From the IMG/VR virus record IMGVR_UViG_3300045988_174371, positions 32,001 through 96,000 of that record: a stretch of DNA of 64,000 bases; one strand, written 5' to 3'. The notes under the pieces are model-generated. The model worked only from the letters and a program-made list of their open reading frames with translations. It did not search any database and had not been told where the DNA came from. This DNA comes from a virus. The translations under genes and the position numbers were made by a program. Numbering within the stretch: position 1 is the stretch's first letter; each line of letters starts with the position of its first letter. Shown piece after piece: positions 32,156 to 41,492 of the stretch.

Positions 32156-32878
32156 CTACCTCTTATAGACGTACTCTAGAAGCCTCAGAATCTCTAGGTA
32201 TACCCAAATGATAGACAGCATCAGCCCAAACGCTAGAGTCCAGCCAAAAGCATCTGGCGCGCCAGCGTCCACCGCCTCACCAATTTCAGTGAAGTCCATG
32301 AGGAGGCAGTAGACACCCATGCCGACGGCAAGCACTCCAAGAATAGCGCCAAGGGGTAGACCGAAAACGACGGTATCACTAATACTGAAACCAGTAAACG
32401 CCTGTATTGCGATAGAAGCAAACAGATAGATGATGTATGCGACCATGCCGATAAGGACGATGCGGGTCAGCTTCGGGTTTGACCTCGCGCCGAACATATA
32501 TGCCGCAAAGACTGTCATAAACGCAACAAGCGTGCCTAGTACAGCCGCCAATGCGATACCGGGGTATCGAGTCTGCGCCCACATGGTTACAGCACCAAGA
32601 GCAACGCCCTCAATACCGGCATACAGCAGTACAGCCCAAGCAGGAATATTGCCGCCACTCTTGAAAGCAAGCACTAGACCAAGCACGAACGCGATAAGCG
32701 CCGCCGGTAAAGCAAGTACAGGCGTGTACCAGCCGACAATACCACCAAGAAGCAAAACAGCAAACGAAAAGCCTGTCTTTGCGACGACACTGCTAGTGGT
32801 TAGCGGCTCAGCGTTAGTGCCATTTAAGCCCGGAATGTCTTTCATGCGACCATTCAGATAGGGGTTACGCGCACTCAC
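32156..32878 (-). CDS. Bax inhibitor-1/YccA family membrane protein (240 aa, GTG start)
   Basis: 7 predicted TM; N-terminal S-x-NP...TxxxVVAKT and C-terminal FGLMLSIIWVYLEILRLL are typical of actinobacterial BI-1/YccA proteins; GGGAGGA SD. Confidence 0.75.
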   Translation of the reverse strand: MSARNPYLNGRMKDIPGLNGTNAEPLTTSSVVAKTGFSFAVLLLGGIVGWYTPVLALPAALIAFVLGLVLAFKSGGNIPAWAVLLYAGIEGVALGAVTMWAQTRYPGIALAAVLGTLVAFMTVFAAYMFGARSNPKLTRIVLIGMVAYIIYLFASIAIQAFTGFSISDTVVFGLPLGAILGVLAVGMGVYCLLMDFTEIGEAVDAGAPDAFGWTLAFGLMLSIIWVYLEILRLLEYVYKR

Positions 32879-33038
32879 CTAAAAATCCTCCCTGCTACAA
32901 AACATTACCTATAAGTAATAGCAAGAATGCGCATCATGCCCATTGCATCGTCTCTTACATGTGGGGTATGCCAATTCGGTTACGGTCGCCTGTGCCATAT
33001 TGCGCTCTTCAAGCGCCTATTCGTGCGCACATAAACGC

Positions 33039-33080
33039 CCTTCCACTCTCTAATTGAAAAGACTCAGCCAGAGTGGAAGG
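33039..33080 (-). terminator. hairpin terminator
   Basis: CCTTCCACTCT ... AGAGTGGAAGG, 19 nt after the 33099 stop. Confidence 0.7.
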
Positions 33081-33098
33081 AATGTGACGCTTATCCGT

Positions 33099-33680
33099 TT
33101 AGCCTGCTACGTCTCGCAGGTTCACCGCGTTACCATTGTCATTGCTGGTGGCATTGAGCGGCACCTCGAAGATGACCTCACCATTGGCAACCTGCTCCTT
33201 AGTTCCATATGCAAGGGTGTAATCCCTATCTACAGTAACGACTCGCACCTTATCGCGCGGCACAGTCTTGGTGATGATTTCGCCATCAACACCGCGCAGG
33301 GTGTAGGTGACGGTCACGTCGTAGCGGGTACGGGATTCACCGGCGAGGGGGGTGAAATGACCATTGCTCCAATTCATAATGTGCTCATTGTCTCTGGATT
33401 CGTAGGTGTCGCCGGGCTTGATGCGGTAGGGGTGCATGGTTGCGTCGGTGTAGGCGCGGTTGCTCATGGATGCGCTGATGACGACATACTGCTCCATCTT
33501 TGGGGTGGGGCTTACGGTAGGGGTCGGGTTTGCAGTGGGCGTTACGGTTACAGTGACCGGCTGGGTGGGGGTTTCTGCGTTTGTGGGGGTGGTGCGCGAG
33601 GTGGCGCAAGCGGTAAGGGACGCGGCAACCAGCAGTACGGTGGCTACTGCGGTACGGCGCGAGGACTTATCGGTAAACAT
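33099..33680 (-). CDS. lipoprotein, paralog of 61594..62016 (193 aa; track ORF trimmed)
   Basis: TGAAAGGAA SD before the ATG at 33680; signal peptide plus lipobox LTAC; Pro/Thr linker; shared YTLRG.DG.I...V.RD.V.VV block. Confidence 0.8.
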   Translation of the reverse strand: MFTDKSSRRTAVATVLLVAASLTACATSRTTPTNAETPTQPVTVTVTPTANPTPTVSPTPKMEQYVVISASMSNRAYTDATMHPYRIKPGDTYESRDNEHIMNWSNGHFTPLAGESRTRYDVTVTYTLRGVDGEIITKTVPRDKVRVVTVDRDYTLAYGTKEQVANGEVIFEVPLNATSNDNGNAVNLRDVAG

Positions 33681-33750
33681 TGATGTGTTCCTTTCAGAGG
33701 GGGTTGTAATACGTGTGGTGATTGTGAGGTTTCGACCTCTCAATAGGTAT

Positions 33751-33780
33751 ATTGTAGCACAGAATAACCCTTCCATGTAA
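33751..33780 (-). promoter_or_regulatory. family promoter
   Basis: minus reading TTACAT-N13-TGTGCTACAAT. Confidence 0.65.
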
Positions 33781-33828
33781 CGCGATAGACGTGTCATGTA
33801 CATGGAAGGGTTACATGTAAGGTGTTTC

Positions 33829-35088
33829 TTAATTTGCGATAGAGTGCTTGCCATTGATGGTAGCCAGCCCGGAAATAACCCGCTGAACCTCCTCCTCGCG
33901 CTCTTTAACCACGCGCTCAGCGTCCAGGACAGCCTTATCTAAGGTGTCCTGTAGGGCATTGTTGCAGTACTGGATACACTCAACACCATTTCGACCATGC
34001 AGAGAGTTGAAGATAACTTCTAGAACCTCGTAGGCGGTGTCGAAGCCGTAAGAGTTAGCACATTCACTAATGGGTTTATGTGCAATTTCATCAATATTGC
34101 GTAGCTCCGCCTCCTGCCATGCCTGCCACTTTGCGTATGCCGCCTCCTGCTCGAAGCTTAGAGCCTCACTAGCGGTATACTTCTCAATGCATTCAGTGTC
34201 TCCTTGAGAGTCGGTGAGCATGAGCATATCCACCTGCCATACCGGGTCGGAACAGCCGGTGCATACGTCACGTTTCCTATAGTAGCTACCCAAGTCGTTG
34301 ATTGCCATGTCGTCTACATGCGCCAAGTGCTCACGGCGTAGCGTGATGGTGCCTGCCGCATTGCCTTCACTGTCGGCTAGGTAGATGGTTGAGCTATTGC
34401 CGACGGTCACCTGTAGCTTCTTAGTGGCATTGCGGGTCTCCACGGTGATAATGGTACCTTCCATGAAGCAGTAGCCGGTTGCCAGTCCATCTGCATTGGT
34501 GAGCATGTGGAACTTGCCGCTAGAGCCGCTATTGATGGCATTGTACTTGGTGTGCATCTTTGAGTCTGCTACAGCAAGTTCTTCCATCTTCTCACGAATG
34601 AGTGTAAGGGTTTCCAGTAGGGATTTCATGCCGTCATGCATATGGTTACGGGTCGCCACCAATACGTTCGCCTGCACGTCAGAAGTGATGGTGTGCGGTT
34701 CACGCTGGGAGCCTGCCATACCCTTAACGCCCTTAAGAAGCTCTCTTGCCTCATTCAGTAGCTTCACATAGCTGTCAGCTTCACTCTTAGCCGTGTCGCC
34801 TGCAAAGGTCTTGACGAGGGCTACCTGCCAGGTATCGACTTCACGCAAGCATGGCGAGGTTACGTAGAAGTTCTTACGGTAATTAGTGATGAGCTTCTGA
34901 ATGGCGTATGCGCCCTGCTGGTCACGGCTAGGGATAAGGGCATATGCTCCATCATTTAGAATTGCCATATCTCCTGCGTGTGAGGTAACGCTGTAGGCGG
35001 CGTACTTGCGCTCCTTATATGCTTCAAGGTGTTGGGTGGTTTGGGTAACAATTACGCTATCGAGAGTGAGCGCCTTAGCGTTTTCCAT
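33829..35088 (-). CDS. hypothetical protein (419 aa)
   Basis: AAAAGGAG SD; complete ORF. Confidence 0.8.
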   Translation of the reverse strand: MENAKALTLDSVIVTQTTQHLEAYKERKYAAYSVTSHAGDMAILNDGAYALIPSRDQQGAYAIQKLITNYRKNFYVTSPCLREVDTWQVALVKTFAGDTAKSEADSYVKLLNEARELLKGVKGMAGSQREPHTITSDVQANVLVATRNHMHDGMKSLLETLTLIREKMEELAVADSKMHTKYNAINSGSSGKFHMLTNADGLATGYCFMEGTIITVETRNATKKLQVTVGNSSTIYLADSEGNAAGTITLRREHLAHVDDMAINDLGSYYRKRDVCTGCSDPVWQVDMLMLTDSQGDTECIEKYTASEALSFEQEAAYAKWQAWQEAELRNIDEIAHKPISECANSYGFDTAYEVLEVIFNSLHGRNGVECIQYCNNALQDTLDKAVLDAERVVKEREEEVQRVISGLATINGKHSIAN

Positions 35089-35130
35089 GAAGGGGGTTCT
35101 CCTTTTTAGTAGTTTGATGGGGGTGAGTGT

Positions 35131-35164
35131 TGCCCCGGCGAAGGGCTGGTTCCTTGCCGGGGCA
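35131..35164 (-). terminator. hairpin terminator
   Basis: TGCCCCGGC ... GCCGGGGCA. Confidence 0.6.
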
Positions 35165-35177
35165 CAGTGTGTGAGAT

Positions 35178-35597
35178 TTAGCGGGTCTGGATAGTGAATG
35201 AGAACTGGCTGGGAGCGTCGGTGATAGCTACCAGCTTCTTGATGCCCTTGAAGGTGTTCTCGCGCTTGACGCGGAACTCGAACTCCGGCTCCTCGCTAGA
35301 GCACTCCTTATCAAGGAAGATTCCAATGCGAACGTAGGCTCGGGTTCGCTTAACCTCCTTTGCGAACAGGTTCAGGTCGTCAAGGTTGTGTGCCTTCCTG
35401 AGGTATTCAAGGCTTTCACGCCACACGTAGCCCTTGTCGATAAAACGCTTCCCGGATTCCCTTTCTGCATTGTAGTGCTCGTAGTTGAAGTGTCCGAACT
35501 GTCCACGAAGGGTAACATCCTTCGCCTCGATAGTCTTCTTATTCTTGCCAATGCATACGTCTGCCTGCCAGTCGGTAGTGATGATGTGGATAGCCAT
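35178..35597 (-). CDS. hypothetical protein (139 aa; track ORF trimmed)
   Basis: CCGAAAGGTT SD before the ATG at 35597. Confidence 0.75.
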   Translation of the reverse strand: MAIHIITTDWQADVCIGKNKKTIEAKDVTLRGQFGHFNYEHYNAERESGKRFIDKGYVWRESLEYLRKAHNLDDLNLFAKEVKRTRAYVRIGIFLDKECSSEEPEFEFRVKRENTFKGIKKLVAITDAPSQFSFTIQTR

Positions 35598-35662
35598 GAT
35601 AGGGGAACCTTTCGGTAGGAATTGATTGCTGGAAGATTTCTTTACTCTTCCTTTCTGTAAAT

Positions 35663-35692
35663 AGTGTATCACATATTTTAGAAACTATGCAA
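35663..35692 (-). promoter_or_regulatory. family promoter (consensus copy)
   Basis: minus reading TTGCAT-N13-TGTGATACACT. Confidence 0.7.
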
Positions 35693-35868
35693 GCCGTCTA
35701 TTGATGGGGTTGCTGTCAGGTTTAGCGCTTCACCTCAATGTTGCACTCGTCACATTTGTGTCATGTTGGCAAGCTGGAGGACGTGTCGCCGTCACCTTAG
35801 ATGCTATCCTGATAGGTAGTTATTTTAAGGGTGAGGTTTCGCCCACTCCTCAAGAAAGGCTTTGCACC

Positions 35869-36807
35869 ATGTTCCACTACCTATCACTGCCCGCGTGGGT
35901 ACTGGCAACGCTCTACATCATTATCGTGCTCATTGTGTTGTTTATAGGAGTTGCTACCTTAACGTCCTACTTAATGTTGCGACGGCAAAGGCGGAACTCT
36001 GCTGAGATAATCCCTGGCGGCGGCGAAATACAGGCGGCAGGCTGGCGAAAAGCGGTTGCTAGAGTTACTGACATTGAGGCGGTGGAGGGAGCTGGCATTG
36101 TGGCGCTTCTTACAGTCACCCTTCTTGGTATCGTTACTTGCTCACTACTGCTAATGTCGCCAATACTCATTATGGTTCCTTTGGTTGGCATACTGATGTT
36201 TCTGCCCTTGAAAAGCAAAGAGGGTGGATTGTCAGCTTCCGAAAAGTTTGGTTACTTGTCGATTGTTGCGTTGCTTCTATCTATCGCTGTTCCTGCTGGT
36301 GTAGATGCGTACTTCGTTTACAATTCTCATTCATCTGTGACGTACTATCAGGACGCTTCTGGCGGATACCATGAGTCAGCTCAGCGCAACATTCTTGCCG
36401 GGCGGGTTGTTGAGTCTCGCAAGGCGGACGGTCTGGTTGAGTACCAGTGGGGCGAGATAAGCGCGAGGGACGGCAATGTTATATTGCCGAATACTGGCAA
36501 CAGTAAAGATTCCCAGAAGCGCGTTGAGATTGTAGAAGACCTAGCGCCCGGTGAAGCGCCGTATGTTGTTCGCAGAATCGACGTTGCAAAGCCTGTGGGG
36601 GTGCCTGAAAGCTTGCGGCTTTGCCTTGCTGGTCAGGATGATGTGAAGTCGTCGCCCTGCGCCCCTCATCACGAGAGAGTGGACAAGAGAAACGTCAGTG
36701 TTATTAGCAGTATCCATATTCCTGCTGGTGAGCGAGATAAGTATGTTACCTCATCCTTGGCGGACAGTTCAGTAGCTGGTAAGGAGGAGAACTCTAATGA
36801 TTCCTAA
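35869..36807 (+). CDS. TM-domain family paralog 1 of a tandem triplet (312 aa; track ORF trimmed)
   Basis: AGAAAGG SD 9 nt before the ATG at 35869; N-terminal TMs; C-terminal ..VEIVEDLAPGEAPYVVRRI..C..C..SIHIPAGE. Confidence 0.75.
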   Translation: MFHYLSLPAWVLATLYIIIVLIVLFIGVATLTSYLMLRRQRRNSAEIIPGGGEIQAAGWRKAVARVTDIEAVEGAGIVALLTVTLLGIVTCSLLLMSPILIMVPLVGILMFLPLKSKEGGLSASEKFGYLSIVALLLSIAVPAGVDAYFVYNSHSSVTYYQDASGGYHESAQRNILAGRVVESRKADGLVEYQWGEISARDGNVILPNTGNSKDSQKRVEIVEDLAPGEAPYVVRRIDVAKPVGVPESLRLCLAGQDDVKSSPCAPHHERVDKRNVSVISSIHIPAGERDKYVTSSLADSSVAGKEENSNDS

Positions 36808-37714
36808 TTTCGATGCTCTATGGCCCGTTGTTCTGCATCTTGCGGGACTGGCAGTGTACGTTGTTGTTGCTACAGTTCTTTATTTCCGTGTTAGGCGGAT
36901 TGATGATGCTGTGGTGGCGCGCGGTAAAGCTGAAAACATTGAGTACACATTCTGGATTTATGGTCTAGGTGGAGGCTTCCTGTCGCTTGTGGTTTCCAGT
37001 ATCTTGACACAGAGCTTAGTCCTGCCTGTAGTTGCTTTTGTGGCTGGCTTTATTGCACTGGCTGTTACGTGTGCGTATGCCTGTACACAGCCAACAATGA
37101 GCAACGGTTATTCACTTCAGGGGCTTGCCTTGCTTCGCACGTGGGTTGTTTTCACGCTTGTTTACGGGACGCTGTTCGCTGGGGTGCTGAGTATGATTGC
37201 TCCGGCTCTTCCTAAGACTTTCTTCTATAGCGCGGATGGCACTAAGACTGTCACCTTTTATCGTGGCGACGGGTTCACCCCGGTAGAGCGTGAGGTGCGC
37301 AATGAGCTGGTTGGCGTTGTTTCGGTACATACTTCGGGTAGGGACGTGACGGCAGGCGACCCTGTGTATGAGTGGGTTGAGCGAACTGATGGCGGCGAGT
37401 TGCGCCCTATCTACAAGAAGTCTAGCGGCGACCTCGGCGCATATGTCCTTATGATAAGCACTTTAAATGAAACGCCTGCCGACACGTGGGTTAGTAACGT
37501 TGAGGTAGTCAGCGACTTGAAACCTGGCGAAGCTCCGTATGCAGTCCATCAGATTACTTACAAGGTACCCAACTCATATGACGGGAAGAGCCCTCTGTGC
37601 ACTAGGTATCATTCTGCCAGGAGTAAGTGCTCAGTCAATGTTGATAGCATTAAAACGAAGGCTACTATCCACATTCCAGAGGGTTCTTACGACCAGTATG
37701 TGAAGGTTTTCTAG
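36797..37714 (+). CDS. TM-domain family paralog 2 of a tandem triplet (305 aa)
   Basis: AAGGAGG SD; 11-nt overlap with the upstream gene; ..YEWVERTDGGEL..DLKPGEAPYAV..C..C..TIHIPEGS. Confidence 0.8.
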   Translation: MIPNFDALWPVVLHLAGLAVYVVVATVLYFRVRRIDDAVVARGKAENIEYTFWIYGLGGGFLSLVVSSILTQSLVLPVVAFVAGFIALAVTCAYACTQPTMSNGYSLQGLALLRTWVVFTLVYGTLFAGVLSMIAPALPKTFFYSADGTKTVTFYRGDGFTPVEREVRNELVGVVSVHTSGRDVTAGDPVYEWVERTDGGELRPIYKKSSGDLGAYVLMISTLNETPADTWVSNVEVVSDLKPGEAPYAVHQITYKVPNSYDGKSPLCTRYHSARSKCSVNVDSIKTKATIHIPEGSYDQYVKVF

Positions 37715-37726
37715 GAGGTAAGTAGA

Positions 37727-38791
37727 GTGGTTCTGTTGATGAGTGTTGCTGATGGCGTGTACATGTACCCGCTTATCGGGTTCTTGGGGTTGAGTGCTGT
37801 CGCGTTTGTTGCGTCACTGTTTTCTTGGTGGCGTTATCGTGGAGCGGCTGAGCAGGTGAGTTCCGCTATTAACCGCGTGCAGGCGGCTAGGGAGGATGCT
37901 GAGCGGCTACTAGAAAAGCGCGAACAGGAGCTTCTTGACGAGTATAGCCTCAAGCGCAAAGGCTGGGCAGATAGGGGTGATGCTTACTTTGATGAGATTG
38001 AGCGGATGTGGGCTGATTATCGCAAGAACCCGGCAAAGTATGCAGGCGACAGGCTATCTGGTGAGGAGTCTGGTAACCGCAGTAAGCTTGAGTTCATCTA
38101 CAATTCCTACATGGGCGTTGGGTTGCTACTGGCGGTGCTACTACTACTGACTTTCACCGTTGTAGGATTATGGGGTATGGCGATTCTTGCCGGGGTTCTA
38201 TTCTTCCTATCGGCAGGTTGGGCTGTCCTTGATGACTCTGAGCTGAGGGGGACGAAGCTTTGGGCTATCCCCGCTAGTATTGCCGCAAGCGCGCTTGTGG
38301 CGCTATTGCTAATCCCTGTTTCTGGGATGGCGACGAATAGCAACCCGCCGCCGGGATGGATTGCACACACTCATGAGGTTACGCTTGCTCAGCAGGCGGA
38401 CGGCACATATGGTGTAGGTGAGCCTGCTAGGATGCGTCTAGACGGTACGGTAACTAAGAGTAAAGAGCCTGATGCTGACTACTCCTGGGTTGAGCTGGAC
38501 TCACGTAATGTGAAGCGGTCTTACGACTCGTACTATTACAGGGGTGTTGAGAAGCAGGTTCGTGTTATGGATGACCTTGCGGCAGGCGAAGCTCCATATG
38601 TCGTGCATCACCATGTGTTCAATGTGCTGGATGGGTATGCTGATGGTGAGGTCTGTGCCGCCAGGTTTAGTGCTTCACCTGCCCTAACTACCTCATGCTC
38701 TGACCGTAATGCGTGGAGTAAGCGTGATGATGCTGTTATTCATATCCCTAGGGGTGAGTATGAGCGCTGGGTAGTCGCTAAGCAGAAATGA
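37727..38791 (+). CDS. TM-domain family paralog 3 of a tandem triplet (354 aa, GTG start)
   Basis: AGGAGG SD 8 nt before GTG; ..YSWVELDSRNV..DLAAGEAPYVV..C..C..VIHIPRGE. Confidence 0.8.
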   Translation: MVLLMSVADGVYMYPLIGFLGLSAVAFVASLFSWWRYRGAAEQVSSAINRVQAAREDAERLLEKREQELLDEYSLKRKGWADRGDAYFDEIERMWADYRKNPAKYAGDRLSGEESGNRSKLEFIYNSYMGVGLLLAVLLLLTFTVVGLWGMAILAGVLFFLSAGWAVLDDSELRGTKLWAIPASIAASALVALLLIPVSGMATNSNPPPGWIAHTHEVTLAQQADGTYGVGEPARMRLDGTVTKSKEPDADYSWVELDSRNVKRSYDSYYYRGVEKQVRVMDDLAAGEAPYVVHHHVFNVLDGYADGEVCAARFSASPALTTSCSDRNAWSKRDDAVIHIPRGEYERWVVAKQK

Positions 38792-38849
38792 TAGGCGGTT
38801 CCCCATTAGCTGTACTCACTGTTCTTGTGGGGCATTTTGATGGGGCATA

Positions 38850-38901
38850 AAGGATAAGCGGCGGAACTTCATGTTTTCTTGAAGTTCCGCCGCTTATCCT
38901 T
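38850..38901. terminator. long palindromic bidirectional terminator
   Basis: 21-bp perfect arms AAGGATAAGCGGCGGAACTTC/GAAGTTCCGCCGCTTATCCTT. Confidence 0.8.
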
Positions 38902-38941
38902 AGCATTATGAGGGAATGACCTTCTAGCGTTCCGTCGTTGC

Positions 38942-40354
38942 TCAGTCGGTGAAGGCGGCGCTACCAGCTTCCCAAATGTCGTTAGGTGCCCATTCCTGAA
39001 TGCCCTTTCGGGTCTTCTGGTAGCCCTTCCACAGGGAGCGCCAGGCAGGGAGCCCAGTATTGGCAATCAGGGTGTCTTTGTGTTCCTCAAGTGCCTGTTG
39101 CACGTCTTCATACAGCTCGGGTGTTGCGTTGCTTTGCGTCTGGAGAGCACGCAAATACTTTACAAGTTCAGGGATGTACGGAGCGCCCGTCCGAAGGCGT
39201 CGCTGGACAGTATCGCTAGGAGTTTCCCTAAGCTCGTCCATAACGCTTTCGAAACGGCGTTTCGCCTCAATGTATTGTTGCGCCTCTTCGGAGGTGCTAC
39301 CAGGCATTGAGGCAACAGGGTCAAGGGTCGCGTAGTCAAGCCCTTCATAGGTGATGTTGCCGTGACCGTCAGGGGTAATGCAGAGAGTTGCCGTGTCGCC
39401 GTCAGGGAAAGTGATGACGGCTTCCTGCTTGTCAGCATCAACAGCTGTAAGATGTGCCAGGAGGAAGCTTACCGGCTGGGTGGGGTACATGCCTTCACTG
39501 ATGGGCTTGTATGCGTTGAATCGGGTGAGGATGTGGTCACCTTCGTGGAGAGTGCCGCCGCCGGGGATTGCTAGCCCTCCACTGCGTCCGCTAGGTGCCA
39601 CAGGTGCCTGCTGGAACTTCTCCCATTCGTTGCGTGCGTCAAGATACTGCTTGTACTTGTTGTAGGAGCGGCGAAGCTCTGCGAGCGCCGCTTCATACTC
39701 TTCCTTGATTCGTCCAGTGGTTCTCTTAGTTGCGGTACGCATCTTACGGATGGTGTCCGTGTAGTCGAGAAAGAGGCTGAACGCGGTACCTTCGAAGGCG
39801 TAGCCGTCGTTGATGCCGTCTACTACGGCGGGGAGCTTATGGTTGGCTTCCTGGACTAGGCTCTCCTGTGCTTCCCATGCGAGGATTACCTCGTTGATGA
39901 GGGCTTTCTCTTCTTGGGGGATATGGTAGATGTGGCTACAGTCTGCGCTGTAGCGGTGGACGAGGATGTCTTCATCGTACTCATCTCCTTCTTCTAGGAA
40001 GGATAGCTTGTAGATTGGTTCACCAGCGGAGTAGGTCACATTATGGTAGAACTTGCCGGTGTACTGCTTGCCGGTGGGATGCAGGGCTACGGTGATGTAG
40101 CCCTCTGCGTCGATGGAGATGACTTTGAGGATGCTGTCGGCATTGACGAGAACGGGTCGATGCTTAGCGCTTTCCCATGCTTTCCCGTTAAGGTCGATGT
40201 AGCGGGTGGGGTCGAATAGGTTTGCGGTGACGAGAATATCGCCAGCGGAGACGTTGAGTTCGTTGAGTGTCTTTACGATTCCGCTCGTTGTGTTCCTCCA
40301 CTTACCTGTGCGGTAGCGGTGGGGGTAGACGCGGTTAATCTTCGTGCTGGTCAT
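38942..40354 (-). CDS. hypothetical protein (470 aa)
   Basis: complete ORF; weak SD (AAAGAG). Confidence 0.75.
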   Translation of the reverse strand: MTSTKINRVYPHRYRTGKWRNTTSGIVKTLNELNVSAGDILVTANLFDPTRYIDLNGKAWESAKHRPVLVNADSILKVISIDAEGYITVALHPTGKQYTGKFYHNVTYSAGEPIYKLSFLEEGDEYDEDILVHRYSADCSHIYHIPQEEKALINEVILAWEAQESLVQEANHKLPAVVDGINDGYAFEGTAFSLFLDYTDTIRKMRTATKRTTGRIKEEYEAALAELRRSYNKYKQYLDARNEWEKFQQAPVAPSGRSGGLAIPGGGTLHEGDHILTRFNAYKPISEGMYPTQPVSFLLAHLTAVDADKQEAVITFPDGDTATLCITPDGHGNITYEGLDYATLDPVASMPGSTSEEAQQYIEAKRRFESVMDELRETPSDTVQRRLRTGAPYIPELVKYLRALQTQSNATPELYEDVQQALEEHKDTLIANTGLPAWRSLWKGYQKTRKGIQEWAPNDIWEAGSAAFTD

Positions 40355-40405
40355 GGGTTACTCTTTTTCTTTACGCACTTAGCGTCTTACAGGTCTGCTT
40401 GCCGC

Positions 40406-41416
40406 TCATTGCTGGGCGTGCTTGTTGATGAATTGTTGAGTGAGGCGAATTACTGCCTCTAGTCGGTAAAGGGTGAGGTCTGTGTCGTGAATTACTGCCC
40501 CTATGTGGTGGGCGAGGGCTTCACGAATCTTGTAGGGTGTGTATCCGTGCCCTGTGGTGATGCAGGTGAGAGCTTTGTGGCTGTAGGCGGTCGGGGTTCT
40601 ACCTTCAAAGGTTGCCCTGTATAGTTTGGCTACTTTGATGCGGTATTGCTCTTGTGCCTTCATGCCGTCAATGTATGCTTGAACCTGCTTGAATGAGATG
40701 ATGGGGACTGGGACTATCGCGTCGATAGGGTATTGCGCGTCACCTGTCACGACTGCGTTTCGGTAGGGGGTTTTCAGGTGTCCTTCCCTGCCGTCACTGA
40801 GTTTGATGCTGACATGCTCAGCTGTGATGTTGGTGACTTGGAAGTATGCGGTTGCGCGGTTGTAGCGGTAGGTGGCGTAGAACTTTCCCCGCTCCACCTC
40901 ACGTGCGTAGTTCTTCTTAACACCTGGGATGATGAGGTTTGAGTATCTGCCGGTTGGCTCCTTGAGGGTTGCAAGCGCGGCGATATACTGCTCTACCTTA
41001 TTGTTGAGCCACTTGGAGCCTTCTAAGAGCTCCCCCTCAATGGCTTCAAGGTGGCTCAACAGGTTTGTTGCTGACTGCTTATCGTTCAGGGTTACTTTTG
41101 AGATGGCGCACAATGCTTCATAAAGGCGCGGGGTGATACCTGCTAGGTCTGCTCCTCTGATGTGTTGTAGGTGCTTGTTTATGGCGCGTGCTTGATGCTC
41201 CTGCCGGTGGTATGCGTCGAGGGTTTGCTTGCTGGGGTTTGGGATGATAGCGGCGCGGGACTCTTGCAGGTTGATTTCCATGACCTTTAGGATTCCTCCT
41301 CGGTTACGGTAGGTGACATGCACGCTGTCGCTGTTCACTGGGGATGGGGTGACTTTTTCGGCTACTATCGCCTCATCTTCAAGGATAATGAGGTTGCCGG
41401 GTGTGAGCGTCTGCAT
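40406..41416 (-). CDS. hypothetical protein (336 aa; track ORF trimmed)
   Basis: CCGAAAGGAA SD before the ATG at 41416 (MQTLTPGN..). Confidence 0.75.
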   Translation of the reverse strand: MQTLTPGNLIILEDEAIVAEKVTPSPVNSDSVHVTYRNRGGILKVMEINLQESRAAIIPNPSKQTLDAYHRQEHQARAINKHLQHIRGADLAGITPRLYEALCAISKVTLNDKQSATNLLSHLEAIEGELLEGSKWLNNKVEQYIAALATLKEPTGRYSNLIIPGVKKNYAREVERGKFYATYRYNRATAYFQVTNITAEHVSIKLSDGREGHLKTPYRNAVVTGDAQYPIDAIVPVPIISFKQVQAYIDGMKAQEQYRIKVAKLYRATFEGRTPTAYSHKALTCITTGHGYTPYKIREALAHHIGAVIHDTDLTLYRLEAVIRLTQQFINKHAQQ

Positions 41417-41492
41417 TGCGTTTTCCTTTCGGGTTAGGGATATGCCCCCCCTGTCACGGTTGGCAACTAGGGGGTATTCGGCTTTATCTCCT

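Noticed and set aside
33054-33683. 209-aa plus-strand ORF
   Set aside because: It is antisense to the lipoprotein gene 33099..33680, which has a signal peptide, a lipobox and a paralog at 61594.
35701-35868. N-terminal extension of the first TM-domain paralog (track start at 35701)
   Set aside because: There is no SD at 35701 and the extension overlaps the divergent promoter region. AGAAAGG precedes the ATG at 35869, where the first TM begins.
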